DNA of 59,446 nt from Thermoguttaceae bacterium (GCA_045577885.1 JAZNJF010000508.1:1-59446); one strand, 5' to 3'. Shown: positions 26,387 to 35,680, counted from the stretch's first letter. The notes: generated from the sequence alone by a model not told the origin. Translations and numbers: made by a program.

Positions 26387-27061
26387 ATGTCCGAAGCCGC
26401 CCGTTCCCGCCGCGACGCCGCCGAAATCGTCGTTCGTTCCGCCGTCGAAGCCGACTTGGAAGCGGTCGGCGCGGTCGCAGAGGCAATTTTCGGCGACGAA
26501 ATCGCCGGGACGCCGCCGTCGCTTTTGCCGACGCTTTATCGTTATTTAGCGCGTTATTATTGGTTCCCGAAGTCGCCGTTCAACTTGGCGGCGCTCGTCG
26601 ACGGGCGGCTTTGCGGCGCGCTCTTCGCGGCTCCGGCAAATTTAGCGGAAAACGCCGACGCCGCCGACGCTTGGATCGCGCCGCGCCTCGCGACGTCGGA
26701 GGAACGGGCATTTTTCTCGAAATATCGCGCTTACCTCGACGCGAACCGTCGCGCCGAACTCGCCGCGGCGCGCCCGAACGAAACGCTTCTTCTCTTTTTC
26801 GTTAGCGTTCGGCCAGGTTGCGGTCGCGCGGCGTCGCGAGAGTTCGAGCGGCGTTTGCGAGCGCACGTCGCCGAGTCGTCGACGCAGCCGAATGCAAACG
26901 CCGCGCCCGTTCCGCTTTCGACGCTCCTTTGGACGGACGACACTTGCGATTTCGGCTGGTACGAACGCAACGGTTTTGTCGAAGTCGCGCGTTTTCCGCA
27001 ACAAACCGAACTGCGCCCGGAACCGTTTTCGACCTTCCTCTTCCGCAAAGAATACCGCTAA
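26387..27061 (+). CDS. GNAT-like acetyltransferase
   Basis: IVVRSAVEADLEAV at the N-terminus and WYERNGFVEVARF at the C-terminus. AGGAGA SD before the ATG at 26387. The track's upstream extension is translated repeat DNA. Confidence 0.6.
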   Translation: MSEAARSRRDAAEIVVRSAVEADLEAVGAVAEAIFGDEIAGTPPSLLPTLYRYLARYYWFPKSPFNLAALVDGRLCGALFAAPANLAENADAADAWIAPRLATSEERAFFSKYRAYLDANRRAELAAARPNETLLLFFVSVRPGCGRAASREFERRLRAHVAESSTQPNANAAPVPLSTLLWTDDTCDFGWYERNGFVEVARFPQQTELRPEPFSTFLFRKEYR

Positions 27062-27126
27062 ACCGCCGCGTTCGAACGAACTTTGAGCCGTCAAGCGCGC
27101 CGCTCGACGTTCCGACGCTCGACGCA

Positions 27127-27166
27127 AAAAACGCCGCCGAGTCCGCAAAACTCGACGGCGTTTTTT
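27127..27166. terminator. Bidirectional terminator between convergent genes
   Basis: AAAAACGCCGCCGAG-N8-CTCGACGGCGTTTTTT. The stem arms are identical to those of the terminator at 26238. Confidence 0.75.
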
Positions 27167-27204
27167 AACGCGCTCGCGACTCGACGCGAACGGTTCCGCT
27201 TCGT

Positions 27205-28050
27205 CTAAGCGTTTTCGCCGCCGTCGCCGCCGCGTTTCGAATCCAAAATCTTGCGCCAAACGAAGCGCGAAAGGAAACTTTCGTCGGCGGAAGCGTCCAT
27301 TTTTTGAAAAAGCTCCCAAGGCGCCGCGAACGCGACGATCTCTTCGCCGAGCGCTTTGCGCAAGACGAGCCGCGCCGAAACGTCGATTCCGCCGACGACC
27401 GCCCGCCCTTCGCCGTCCGGACGGTTCGCCTCCGCGAACGGAAAAAGCGCGACGCTCGCGCAACCGGAAGCGAACGGAATCCGAACCGCGTCGGTCGAAG
27501 CGCCGCGAACGTAATTCGCCAAAACGACGAGCGCGCTCAAAGCGTCCGCGTCGACCAAAAAGACGACGGCTTTCGGCGTTTCGTTCGACGTCAACTTCGC
27601 CAACGGCTTGAAAACGACGCAAACGCCTTCGGGTTCGACGGTCGGCAAAGACGCGACATAGCGTTTCGCCGCGTCGGGCGTCGGCGCGTAACCTTCGCCC
27701 TTCTCGAACTTGCGACGCGCCGCCGGTTCCATTTGCGCCAACGTTTCGTCGCCCGGCGGCCAACCGGCGAACCCGGTCGAAAAGAAACGTTCGAACCCGG
27801 CCGCGCCGCAAGGAAACCGCTCCGACGCGAACGGCCCGAGCGCGAGTCCGCCGACCGCGCCCGGACAACGGCAGTTTTCAAGGTCGACGTAAACCGTTTC
27901 GCCGCGCGCCGCTTGCGCCAACGCGAGCGCGGCGCAACGCCCGACGAGCGGACGAGCGTTCGGCGGAATTTCGTTCGCGTAAAAAACGGCGAGCGGCGGG
28001 AATTTCAGCGCGAGCGTCGTCTCCCAAAGCGTCCGCGTTTGTCGCGTCAT
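27205..28050 (-). CDS. DUF169-like protein
   Basis: N-terminal LALKFPPLAVFYA resembles the DUF169 signature as I recall it. AAGGAG SD before the ATG at 28050. Confidence 0.5.
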   Translation of the reverse strand: MTRQTRTLWETTLALKFPPLAVFYANEIPPNARPLVGRCAALALAQAARGETVYVDLENCRCPGAVGGLALGPFASERFPCGAAGFERFFSTGFAGWPPGDETLAQMEPAARRKFEKGEGYAPTPDAAKRYVASLPTVEPEGVCVVFKPLAKLTSNETPKAVVFLVDADALSALVVLANYVRGASTDAVRIPFASGCASVALFPFAEANRPDGEGRAVVGGIDVSARLVLRKALGEEIVAFAAPWELFQKMDASADESFLSRFVWRKILDSKRGGDGGENA

Positions 28051-28106
28051 TGGCGCTCCTTTTCGGCAAAGCGGTTAAAGGGTTGAATCGCAACGTTTGC
28101 ACGCGT

Positions 28107-29837
28107 TTATTTCTCGACGATTTCAATCTTCGCGAAGTACGCCGCTTCCCAACTCCAGCCGTTCGGTTGGTTGACGATTTCGATTTTCGTCTCTTTTCCG
28201 GCGTATTGCGACAAGTCGACTTCGACGGTCAGCCAACCGTCCGCGCCGACGACGTCTTTCGAAACGACAAGCTCTTTCGCCGTTTCTCCGTTCAGTTTAA
28301 CGATCAGCGAATAGTCGCCGACGACGTCGCCCGCTTGGTGATGCGAAACTTCCAAAACGAGCGTCGACTTCGCCGTCGGAACGACCGTCTTCGAAACGAC
28401 CGCGCCGATTTCGCGAAGTTCCGGGTGAGTCATCAAAACGTTTTGACGACCGCGGTACTCGGCGCGGAAACCGGGGTTCATGTCCGGGCCCATATGCGAA
28501 ACTTGGAAGCCGTTAAAGTGTTTCGCCGTCAACTCTTCGAGCGAATATTCGCGGAACTTGATTTGCTTCAACTCTTCCTCGGTGAAGCGAATCGCGGCGC
28601 CGTCGCTCGGGAGTTCTTCGCTCGGCGCGACGCACGACGCGAGCGCGCTCGGCTTCGTCTCCGTTTGCGGAATGAAATACGTCGGAACGCCGTCGACGTC
28701 GCGGACGAACCCGCCCTCTTTCTTAATCGCTTGGAGCGCCAACGAGTCGCAAACGTCGATCAGCGCCGGGAAGTTGTACGCCGTATGACTGAAGACGCCG
28801 GTTTCGTCGAGTTTTTCCGAGAAGCGCGCCGGAAGTTTCGAGAACCCGAGCGTCGCGAAGAGGACGCCCCCCGCGTTCGACGGGTTGCAGTCGGAGTCTT
28901 GCCCGGCTTGCATCGAAATTTTGATCGTTTCGTCGAGATCGCCCTTGCCGTACAGGAGGCCGAGCAAGATGTACGCGCCGTTGATTTTCGCGTCGATATT
29001 AAACGCGGAGTCATGCCCGCTGCACGACCAAGCGCGGTATTTCGGGTTGTGTTGGTACTTTTCGTTAATCTTGTCCCAGCAAGACTTCCAGTCGTTCGGG
29101 TTCTCGCGATACCAAGCGAGCAGGTCGCGAACCATCTCCGCGTATTGCGACTCGGCGGGAATCGCTTCCAACGCTTTTTCGATAATCTTCACGACGTCGG
29201 TTTCGAAAAACGCTTCGGCGTACATCGCGCCGACGAACTGACCGGCGTACATCCCGTCGCCGTAATTCATCAGTCGCCCGAATTTTTCGCCCATTCGAAT
29301 CGCGTTGTTCGGCAGGCCCGGCGAAATCAAGCCGGAAAAGTCCGCTTCGATTTGATAGTCGATGTCGTCCGCGCACTTGTTCAGCGTCGGATAACTCGAG
29401 TACGGCGGCGCGATCCCGCAACGCAAGTTGTGTCGCCCGGCGACGTTGGCGTGCCAAAGCGCGTATTCGCTGTTCGCGAAATCGATCCCGGCTTGGCGGA
29501 TGGAAACGTCGAGCCCGTGTTCCTCCATCGAGCGCAGGAACGTCATTTCGACGTAAAGGTCGTCTTGGCCGAACGCGTTGTTGATCATTTCCGGCGTCCA
29601 TTTCGGCATGTCGGCGTCCGGAATGATTCGGTCGCAGAAGCGGAACTCGGTCGGCGCGCCCCAGCAGACCCCGGCGATTTGGCCGATCCAACCGGCTTTC
29701 ATTTTGTCGCGATACTCGGCGACCGGAAGCGTTCGGTAAAGTTTGCCGTCGATTTCGACGGGTTCGGCGGCGAGCGACGCGGCGGCGGAACCGAAAAGCG
29801 TCGCGGTTCCCAACAGAGCGGCCCAAAGTTTTTTCAT
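28107..29837 (-). CDS. Secreted ADP-ribosylglycohydrolase-family protein with a C-terminal beta-sandwich-like domain
   Basis: Signal peptide MKKLWAALLGTATLFGSAAASLAA from the ATG at 29837. GQDSDCNPSNAGG motif. The track's 70-aa N-terminal extension looks non-coding. Confidence 0.75.
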   Translation of the reverse strand: MKKLWAALLGTATLFGSAAASLAAEPVEIDGKLYRTLPVAEYRDKMKAGWIGQIAGVCWGAPTEFRFCDRIIPDADMPKWTPEMINNAFGQDDLYVEMTFLRSMEEHGLDVSIRQAGIDFANSEYALWHANVAGRHNLRCGIAPPYSSYPTLNKCADDIDYQIEADFSGLISPGLPNNAIRMGEKFGRLMNYGDGMYAGQFVGAMYAEAFFETDVVKIIEKALEAIPAESQYAEMVRDLLAWYRENPNDWKSCWDKINEKYQHNPKYRAWSCSGHDSAFNIDAKINGAYILLGLLYGKGDLDETIKISMQAGQDSDCNPSNAGGVLFATLGFSKLPARFSEKLDETGVFSHTAYNFPALIDVCDSLALQAIKKEGGFVRDVDGVPTYFIPQTETKPSALASCVAPSEELPSDGAAIRFTEEELKQIKFREYSLEELTAKHFNGFQVSHMGPDMNPGFRAEYRGRQNVLMTHPELREIGAVVSKTVVPTAKSTLVLEVSHHQAGDVVGDYSLIVKLNGETAKELVVSKDVVGADGWLTVEVDLSQYAGKETKIEIVNQPNGWSWEAAYFAKIEIVEK

Positions 29838-30074
29838 CGGCGCAAATCCTTTAATGAAAACGGGTTGACTCGACGGCTTTCGCTCGCTCGCGACGTTTTC
29901 CCCTTTTCCTTCTCTCTTTCCCGAAAAGTCTGAAAACGTCGCCCGGCGCCGCCGCAAGAAAACAAAAAAACGCGGAGCCGAAACTCCGCGTTCATTATAC
30001 CCGAATCGCCCGGCGATTTCAAACGGTTTCCGCCGCCGTTTCGTCAAAATTCGGATTTTATTTCAAATCGACGC

Positions 30075-31373
30075 TCAACGGACGATCGTTTGCTCGCGAC
30101 CCGGACCGACCGAGACGATCGAAATCGGGCGACCGAGGATTTCTTCGAGGCGCGCGACGTATTTTTTCGCGTTTTCCGGAAGATCGTCGTATTTCGAGAT
30201 TTGGTCGATCTCTTCCGTCCAACCCGGCAGCGTTTCGTAAATCGGTTTCGCGCGGGCCAAGTCGTCGACGTCGGACGGGAACGACTCGATTCGCTTGCCG
30301 TCCAGCTCGTAAGCGACGCAAACGTTAATCGTTTCGAAACCGCTCAACACGTCGAGCAACATCAGCGACAGTTCGGTCGCGCCGCTCAAACGGCTCGTGT
30401 AACGGACGGCGACGGCGTCGAACCAACCGCAACGGCGCGGGCGTTTCGTCACGGTGCCGTATTCGTTGCCGCGGTCGCGAATGCGTTGACCGATTTCGTC
30501 GTCGAGTTCCGTCGGGAACGGGCCGCCGCCGACGCGAGTCGAGTACGCCTTGATAATCCCGACGACGCGCTTAATGAAGGTCGCCGGAAGACCGGAACCG
30601 GCGGTAACGCCGACCCCGGAGCTGTTGCTGCTCGTAACGTACGGGAACGTTCCGTAATCGACGTCGAGAAGCGCGCCTTGCGCTCCTTCGAGCAAAATTT
30701 TCTTGTCGGCGTCGACCGCGTCGAGGAGATAATCGACGACGTCGGCGACAAACGGCTTCAGGCGCGCCGCGAAATCGGTATATTGCGCGATAATTTCTTC
30801 CGCGTCAAACTTTTTGACGGTCGCTTTGACTTCGTCGTCGCGAGCCATTCCCGGGAGCGCGCGGTTCTTCAGCTCGACGATTTTGCGGATTTTTTCCGGG
30901 AAGTCGGCGCGGTACATATCGCCGACGCGCACCGCCGTCGAACGCCCGACTTTGTCGCGATAACACGGGCCGATCCCGCGCATCGTCGTCCCGATCGCTT
31001 CCGAACGGACGCCGGCGTCGTTCATGAGACGGTCTTCCTCTTTATGCCAAGGGAAGATGACGTGCGCTCGCGAACTCAACATGAGGTTCTTTTCGATTTC
31101 GACGCCCGCGTCGCGCAGACGGTCGATTTCGCCGAGAATCGATTCCGGGTCGACGACGACGCCGTTGGCGATGACGGATTGCACTTCCGGACGGAAAATA
31201 CCGCTCGGAATCAGCGACAACTTGTATTTTTTCCCGTCGAAGACAACCGTGTGTCCGGCGTTCGCGCCCCCTTGATAGCGGACGACGATTTCGTTTTGAG
31301 CGGTCAACAGGTCGACGATTTTACCTTTCGCCTCGTCGCCCCATTGCAATCCGATAACGCAAGTTGCGGCCAT
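30075..31373 (-). CDS. purA: Adenylosuccinate synthase
   Basis: QWGDEAKGK and GGANAGHT. 432 aa. Confidence 0.95.
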   Translation of the reverse strand: MAATCVIGLQWGDEAKGKIVDLLTAQNEIVVRYQGGANAGHTVVFDGKKYKLSLIPSGIFRPEVQSVIANGVVVDPESILGEIDRLRDAGVEIEKNLMLSSRAHVIFPWHKEEDRLMNDAGVRSEAIGTTMRGIGPCYRDKVGRSTAVRVGDMYRADFPEKIRKIVELKNRALPGMARDDEVKATVKKFDAEEIIAQYTDFAARLKPFVADVVDYLLDAVDADKKILLEGAQGALLDVDYGTFPYVTSSNSSGVGVTAGSGLPATFIKRVVGIIKAYSTRVGGGPFPTELDDEIGQRIRDRGNEYGTVTKRPRRCGWFDAVAVRYTSRLSGATELSLMLLDVLSGFETINVCVAYELDGKRIESFPSDVDDLARAKPIYETLPGWTEEIDQISKYDDLPENAKKYVARLEEILGRPISIVSVGPGREQTIVR

Positions 31374-31930
31374 TTTTATCCCTCGGCAGTTGTCGCGGCG
31401 ACTCCGGCGCTCTCCGTTTTTACCGTTTCGTTATTTTAACGGTTCAAGATCGCGGCGGCGGTCGGCGCGGAAACGTGTCGCGCTCCGGCGTTCGGCTTTC
31501 CCTCTCCTTTCGTCAGTATCGGCGCATAAGGCGGGAGACGCGGCGAACGCGGCGGAAATTCGCGCTTTTTAAAAAAGTTTCGACGGTGCGAAACATTCAA
31601 ACCCCATCATCTTACCACAAACAAATTTCTTTTGAAGGGGGGGCGGGCGCAAAATATTGCAAGCGTTCGGCGACGCGACGGAAGCGGACGGCTCGTCGTC
31701 GCGCCGCAAATATTTTTATTTTTAGAAAAAAACCTTTCAAACTTTACGTTATCGCGCTCTTAATTGGCGTCCGAGGGACGGGCGCAAGCGATTACGCGAA
31801 TCGATCGCGCTCATTTTTATTTTAACCGTTTTCTCGACCGTCGCAAACGTTTTCGCCAAACGCGGCGACATTTCGACGGCGCTAGTTTAGCGGACGGGAA
31901 AACGACAATAATATATTGAAGGAGAGAATA

Positions 31931-32275
31931 ATGTTTGCGCAATGCGTTTTCCGTTTCCTGTTCGGCGGTCTGTTGATGCTCGCCGTTTACCTTGTCGGCC
32001 AAAAATCGGTCAACTTTGCCGGTCTGCTTTCCGCCGCGCCTATTTTTAGCGGCGCGTTCCTGGCGCTGAATATGTCGCAAGGCAAGCCCAACGCGCAACT
32101 TATCGCGCAAACGATCGGTTCCGCCGAAGGGATGCTTTGCGGTTTTGGGTTTTACGTCGCCGCCAACTTGGCGCTGCGTTGCAAACTCCCCGCTTCGGCG
32201 GTCGTCGGCGTCGGTTGCGCGGCCTGCGTCGCGACGTATTTCGCCGTTAAATACGTCAAAAAGCTCGCCGCTTAA
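31931..32275 (+). CDS. Small polytopic membrane protein (DUF3147-like)
   Basis: AAGGAGA SD before the ATG at 31931. About four hydrophobic helices, including FRFLFGGLLMLAVYLVG. Confidence 0.6.
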   Translation: MFAQCVFRFLFGGLLMLAVYLVGQKSVNFAGLLSAAPIFSGAFLALNMSQGKPNAQLIAQTIGSAEGMLCGFGFYVAANLALRCKLPASAVVGVGCAACVATYFAVKYVKKLAA

Positions 32276-32311
32276 AAGACTTGTCCTTCTTTCTCTCCTT
32301 GACGCAAAACG

Positions 32312-32341
32312 CCGACTCGGCTCAAACCGAGTCGGTTTTTT
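32312..32341 (+). terminator. Intrinsic terminator
   Basis: CCGACTCGG-N6-CCGAGTCGG followed by TTTTTT. Confidence 0.8.
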
Positions 32342-32596
32342 ATTCCGTTCGTTCGTCGGCGTCGCTTCGTCGTCGAACGCTTTTGGAAAAATTTTGAGTT
32401 TTTTGAAAAATTTTCTTCAAAATTTCCGCTCTCCGCCTCTTAAGAAGCAAAGAGAAGAAAAACACGAAAACCGACGCAAACGTCGGCGACGTTAAGCCGA
32501 TATCGCGTCAAACGAGCGTTTCCGAAACGCAAGTCGAACTGAAACGCGATAAACCGTTTCTCAAAAAAAATAATTAAAAAATTGTCAGAAACACGC

Positions 32597-32624
32597 TTGA
32601 CGGAACAAAATTCCGCGTTAAAAT
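32597..32624 (+). promoter_or_regulatory. Sigma70-like promoter at the head of the non-coding array
   Basis: TTGACG (32597-32602), 16-nt spacer, TAAAAT (32619-32624). No credible ORF follows it. Confidence 0.5.
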
Positions 32625-32630
32625 GAAAGA

Positions 32631-32741
32631 AGAAGAGGGGCGGCGTAGAGATCGAGTTACTTCGTCGCTTCATTTACAATGCAGCCCGACGGCTCAAAAA
32701 CTTGGCTTCGCCTTTTCTCTCCTCTTCGTTTTAACTTTTTT
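32631..32741 (+). ncRNA. Candidate structured small RNA, module Y0 (Y-RNA-like)
   Basis: Starts just downstream of the promoter above. The purine-rich 5' end GAGGGGCG can pair with CGCCUUUU (32709-32716), which needs G-U pairs and so only works on the + strand. Contains CGAGUUACUUC (32653-32663) and an inner CGUCG/CGACG helix. Ends in U-runs at 32729-32732 and 32736-32741. Confidence 0.4.
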
Positions 32742-33134
32742 AAGCGACGCGTTTAGAATCGGTCGCCGCAATTTGTCGGAATATGTCGGTCGGTAGTTAG
32801 TTGTTATTGTTTTTATTTGTCGTTCTTCTTACTTAACAAGTTGTTAACCTAATTTTAGCCTGTACAGTCGGCGAGTCGCGAACGCGGCGTTTGTTTCCCT
32901 CGTTGGTTAAAAATTTTAGTATTTTTTATTTTTCCAACAAAATTTTCCTTTTCGTTCCTCTTATACAACGAAAAGTCCAAAGAACCAAACGTTTAACTTA
33001 CCCCTTTCCTTTAACGGACGCGTTTTCCTTGCGTCGTCCCCTTTACCCAACGTGCGCTTAAATTAAATTTTACGCGGCGCAACTGCTACACAATGAAACA
33101 AAAACTGACGGGATTTGCGTTCCCGTCGCGTTCA

Positions 33135-33274
33135 CCGCGATAAGGCAGCGCGGTCGGCGAGTTACTTCGAACCTTTAAACTTTGACCTGAAATTGAATAG
33201 AGAGCGTCCCTCGACGTTGCAAAACGTCCGCGACGTTCGCACTTGCCGCTAATTTTCTCCTTATCGCATATTTT
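33135..33274 (+). ncRNA. Candidate Y-RNA-like structured RNA, module Y1
   Basis: Closing helix GCGAUAAGG (33137-33145) with CCUUAUCGC (33259-33267), followed by AUAUUUU. CGAGUUACUUC at 33158-33168. Internal hairpin GACGUU-GCAA-AACGUC with a GNRA tetraloop (33212-33227). Homologous in order to Y2 and Y3, with compensatory changes in the closing helix. Confidence 0.45.
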
Positions 33275-33439
33275 CGCGCTTGCGACGGCGCGCCGGACGG
33301 CTTGCCGCTCCCGACGCGACCGCGAAGCGCCCCTTTCCAACCAACCGCCAACCCTTTACTTAACCCTTTATCCCCTTTTATCGCGTCGTTTAGCGACGGC
33401 GCGATAAACTTCCGACGCGGCGAAAGTCGCGGCGACGCT

Positions 33440-33522
33440 CCGCGTCAAGGCAGCGGGACGAGCGAGTTACTTCAACCTTTTGCAACCCATTCTCGCCGCA
33501 AGATACTCTTTGACGCGGTTTT
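33440..33522 (+). ncRNA. Candidate Y-RNA-like structured RNA, module Y2
   Basis: 11-bp closing helix CCGCGUCAAGG (33440-33450) with CUUUGACGCGG (33508-33518), containing one G-U pair. An 11x11-nt internal loop. Inner helix GCGAG (33462-33466) with CUCGC (33492-33496). 25-nt apical loop starting UUACUUC. UUUU at 33519-33522. Confidence 0.5.
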
Positions 33523-33686
33523 AACGCTTCGACGGCGCGCCGGACGGCTTGCCGCTTCCGACGCGACCGCGAAGCGCCCCTTTCCAACCAACCGCCAACC
33601 CTTTACTTAACCTTTTATCCCCTTTTATCGCGACGTTTAGCGACGGCGCGATAAACTGTCGACGCGGCGAAAGTCGCGGCGACGCT

Positions 33687-33769
33687 CCGCGTCAAGGCAG
33701 CGGGACGAGCGAGTTACTTCAACCTTTTGCAACCCATTCTCGCCGCAAGATACTCCTTGACGCGGTTTT
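33687..33769 (+). ncRNA. Candidate Y-RNA-like structured RNA, module Y3
   Basis: Same architecture as Y2. Closing helix 33687-33697 with 33755-33765. A U-to-C change turns the G-U pair of Y2 into G-C. UUUU at 33766-33769. Confidence 0.5.
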
Positions 33770-33963
33770 AACGCTTGCGACGGCGCGCCGGACGGCTTGC
33801 CGCTCCCGACGCGACCGCGAAGCGCCCTTTTCCAACCAACCGCCCCCTTATTACCCTTATTCTCTTTTATCGCGTCGTTTAGCGACGGCGCGATAAACTT
33901 CCGACGCGGCGAAAGTCGCGTTCGCCAAAATATCTAATTGTCCTATTTAACGAGGAACCGAAC

Positions 33964-35664
33964 ATGTCGAAACTGAATCCTACCGCCCAACAACAAGAAG
34001 CGAACGCCTCCCACCTTAACTGGATGGGCGGAAACAGCTGGGACGTTAACGATCCGTTCGTCCGGTTGCGGATGGCGGCGGCCTCCTGTTTCTTCGGCGA
34101 ACCGAAATACTACGACCCGTCGGGAACGGAACCGACGCGTTCCCAGTTCGCGAACCATTCTCGCTTGTCGGCGGAAAACTTCGCTTACCTGCGTTCGACG
34201 CTCAACGCGCTCTCGCCGAGCGAATGGCGCGACCTGTCGCCGCGAAAAACGATCGAAAGATGCGTCGACGAATGCCTCGCGGTCGACCCGGAACGAACGC
34301 TCCAAATCGCGTCGGCGCTCCGCAACGAGGACTTTATGCGCTCGACGCCGCAAGTTATCCTCGTTCGCGCGGCGCTCTCCCCCCAAACGAAGGGGACCGG
34401 TCTCGTCCGCCGTTACGCGCCGGAAATTTGCCGTCGCGGCGACGAACCGGCGGTCGGGTTCGCGTATTTCCTCGACGAATACGGTCGGAAAACGCCGCTC
34501 CCGAACGCCTTGAAAAAGGCTTGGCGCGACGCGCTCGAGTCGTTCGACGACTACGTTCTCGCGAAGTACCGCTTGGAACGCAACGCCGTCAAGACGGTCG
34601 ACGTCGTCAACTTGACGCACGCCCATTCGGAGTCGATCGACCGTCTGAAGCGCGACGAACTGCGTCAAAAGGACGCTTGGGAAAGCGTCGTTTCGAACGG
34701 CGGCTCCTGGCGCGACGCGGCCAAAATCACGCCGCATATGGCGACGCTGCGCAACTTGCGCAACTTCGCGCAAAACGGCGTCGAAATCGGCGAAATCGCC
34801 GACCGTCTGCGCGACGGCGTTCGCGGCGGCAAGCAACTGCCGTTCCGGTACTACGCGGCGTACAAAGCGCTCGACGGTTACCCGGCTTGGCAAGATTTGG
34901 CCGAGGAATGCCTCGAAATTTCGTTCGCAAACGCTCCGCGCTTCAAGGGTCGCGTCGCGTCGTTGAGCGACAACTCCGGTTCCGCTTGGGGAACGCTGAC
35001 GTCCGAACTCGGCTCGATGCACGTCGCGGAAATCGGCAACCTGATGGGCGTTATCGCCGGCAAATGCGCCGACGAAGGCTGGCTTTACGTCTTCGGCGAC
35101 CGACTGGCACGAACGCCGGTTCGCAAGAACAGCTCCGTTTTCGACCTTTGCGACAAGGCGAAGCAAGCCGGTCAAGGAATCGGCGGAGCGACCGAAAACG
35201 GGATTTGGCTCTTCTTCGACCGAGCGATCCGCGCCCGCGAGCATTGGGATCACATTTTCGTTTATTCCGACATGCAAGCGGGACACGGCGGCCTTTACGG
35301 CGTCGACCCAAACGCTTACGCCGATTACCGTTGGAACGGCTCGCATTACATCGACGTCGCGAAGCTGATTCGGACGTACCGCGAACGCGTCAACCCGAAC
35401 GTTATGATTTACCTCGTCCAAACGGCGGGTTACGTCGACGCGCTCGTTCCGGAATATTACGACCGGACGTTCGTCCTCGGCGGTTGGTCGACGAACATCC
35501 TGAAGTTCGCCGACGCGATGAACCGCGCTTACGACGGCGACGCTCCGTCGAAGGCGGAAGTCGCGGAAGCGGCCGCGGAAAACCGCGTTAGCGCCGACGA
35601 CGTCGAAGCGACTTGCGACGACGTTACCCAAACGCTCAAAGTGAAAACGCTCCTCGACGACTAA
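33964..35664 (+). CDS. rsr: Ro60-type protein (TROVE domain + C-terminal vWA domain)
   Basis: TROVE-like N-terminal pattern NWMGGNSWDVNDPFVRLRMAAASCFFGEPKYY. MIDAS-type DxSxS motif in SLSDNSGSAWG, with IFVYSDMQ further on. GAGGA SD before the ATG at 33964. Confidence 0.8.
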   Translation: MSKLNPTAQQQEANASHLNWMGGNSWDVNDPFVRLRMAAASCFFGEPKYYDPSGTEPTRSQFANHSRLSAENFAYLRSTLNALSPSEWRDLSPRKTIERCVDECLAVDPERTLQIASALRNEDFMRSTPQVILVRAALSPQTKGTGLVRRYAPEICRRGDEPAVGFAYFLDEYGRKTPLPNALKKAWRDALESFDDYVLAKYRLERNAVKTVDVVNLTHAHSESIDRLKRDELRQKDAWESVVSNGGSWRDAAKITPHMATLRNLRNFAQNGVEIGEIADRLRDGVRGGKQLPFRYYAAYKALDGYPAWQDLAEECLEISFANAPRFKGRVASLSDNSGSAWGTLTSELGSMHVAEIGNLMGVIAGKCADEGWLYVFGDRLARTPVRKNSSVFDLCDKAKQAGQGIGGATENGIWLFFDRAIRAREHWDHIFVYSDMQAGHGGLYGVDPNAYADYRWNGSHYIDVAKLIRTYRERVNPNVMIYLVQTAGYVDALVPEYYDRTFVLGGWSTNILKFADAMNRAYDGDAPSKAEVAEAAAENRVSADDVEATCDDVTQTLKVKTLLDD

Positions 35665-35680
35665 CCGTCGTCAAGCGGAG

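Larger units (their letters stand above)
33283..33925 (+). repeat. 247-nt tandem repeat, about 2.6 copies, running up to the rsr start codon
   Basis: Units start near 33283, 33530 and 33777, with the last one truncated. They are near-identical apart from a few substitutions. Each full unit holds a hairpin UUAUCGCG..CGCGAUAA, a GAAA-tetraloop hairpin CGCGGC-GAAA-GUCGCG (for example 33416-33431), and one Y-like module. Confidence 0.9.

Noticed and set aside
29838-30047. 70-aa N-terminal extension of the ADP-ribosylglycohydrolase ORF. The same applies to the 76-aa extension of the ribokinase ORF (46414..46641).
   Set aside because: The internal ATGs at 29837 and 46413 give a canonical signal peptide (29837) and a canonical ribokinase N-terminus with a good SD (46413). 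The extensions are basic, low-complexity sequence.
32440-32673. 77-aa minus-strand ORF in the AT-rich intergenic region.
   Set aside because: It has no SD and an odd composition, and it overlaps the promoter and the Y0 module. It looks spurious.
33166-33172. A UUCGAAC T-loop-like heptamer in module Y1, which would suggest a tRNA-like (YrlA-type) domain.
   Set aside because: I could not build a flanking 5-bp T-stem or any acceptor- or D-arm-like elements. The heptamer is also not conserved in Y2 or Y3 (UUCAACC).
33302-33896. Two ~100-115-aa + strand ORFs (33302..33610 and 33549..33896) with near-identical sequences.
   Set aside because: They are translations of the 247-nt tandem repeat. They have no SD, they start inside the repeat, and their Pro/Arg-rich products have no family resemblance. 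The helices, tetraloops and compensatory changes argue for RNA-level function.
33283-33925. Possibility that the tandem repeats are a CRISPR array.
   Set aside because: The repeat unit is 247 nt with no alternating unique spacers, and no cas genes are in the window.
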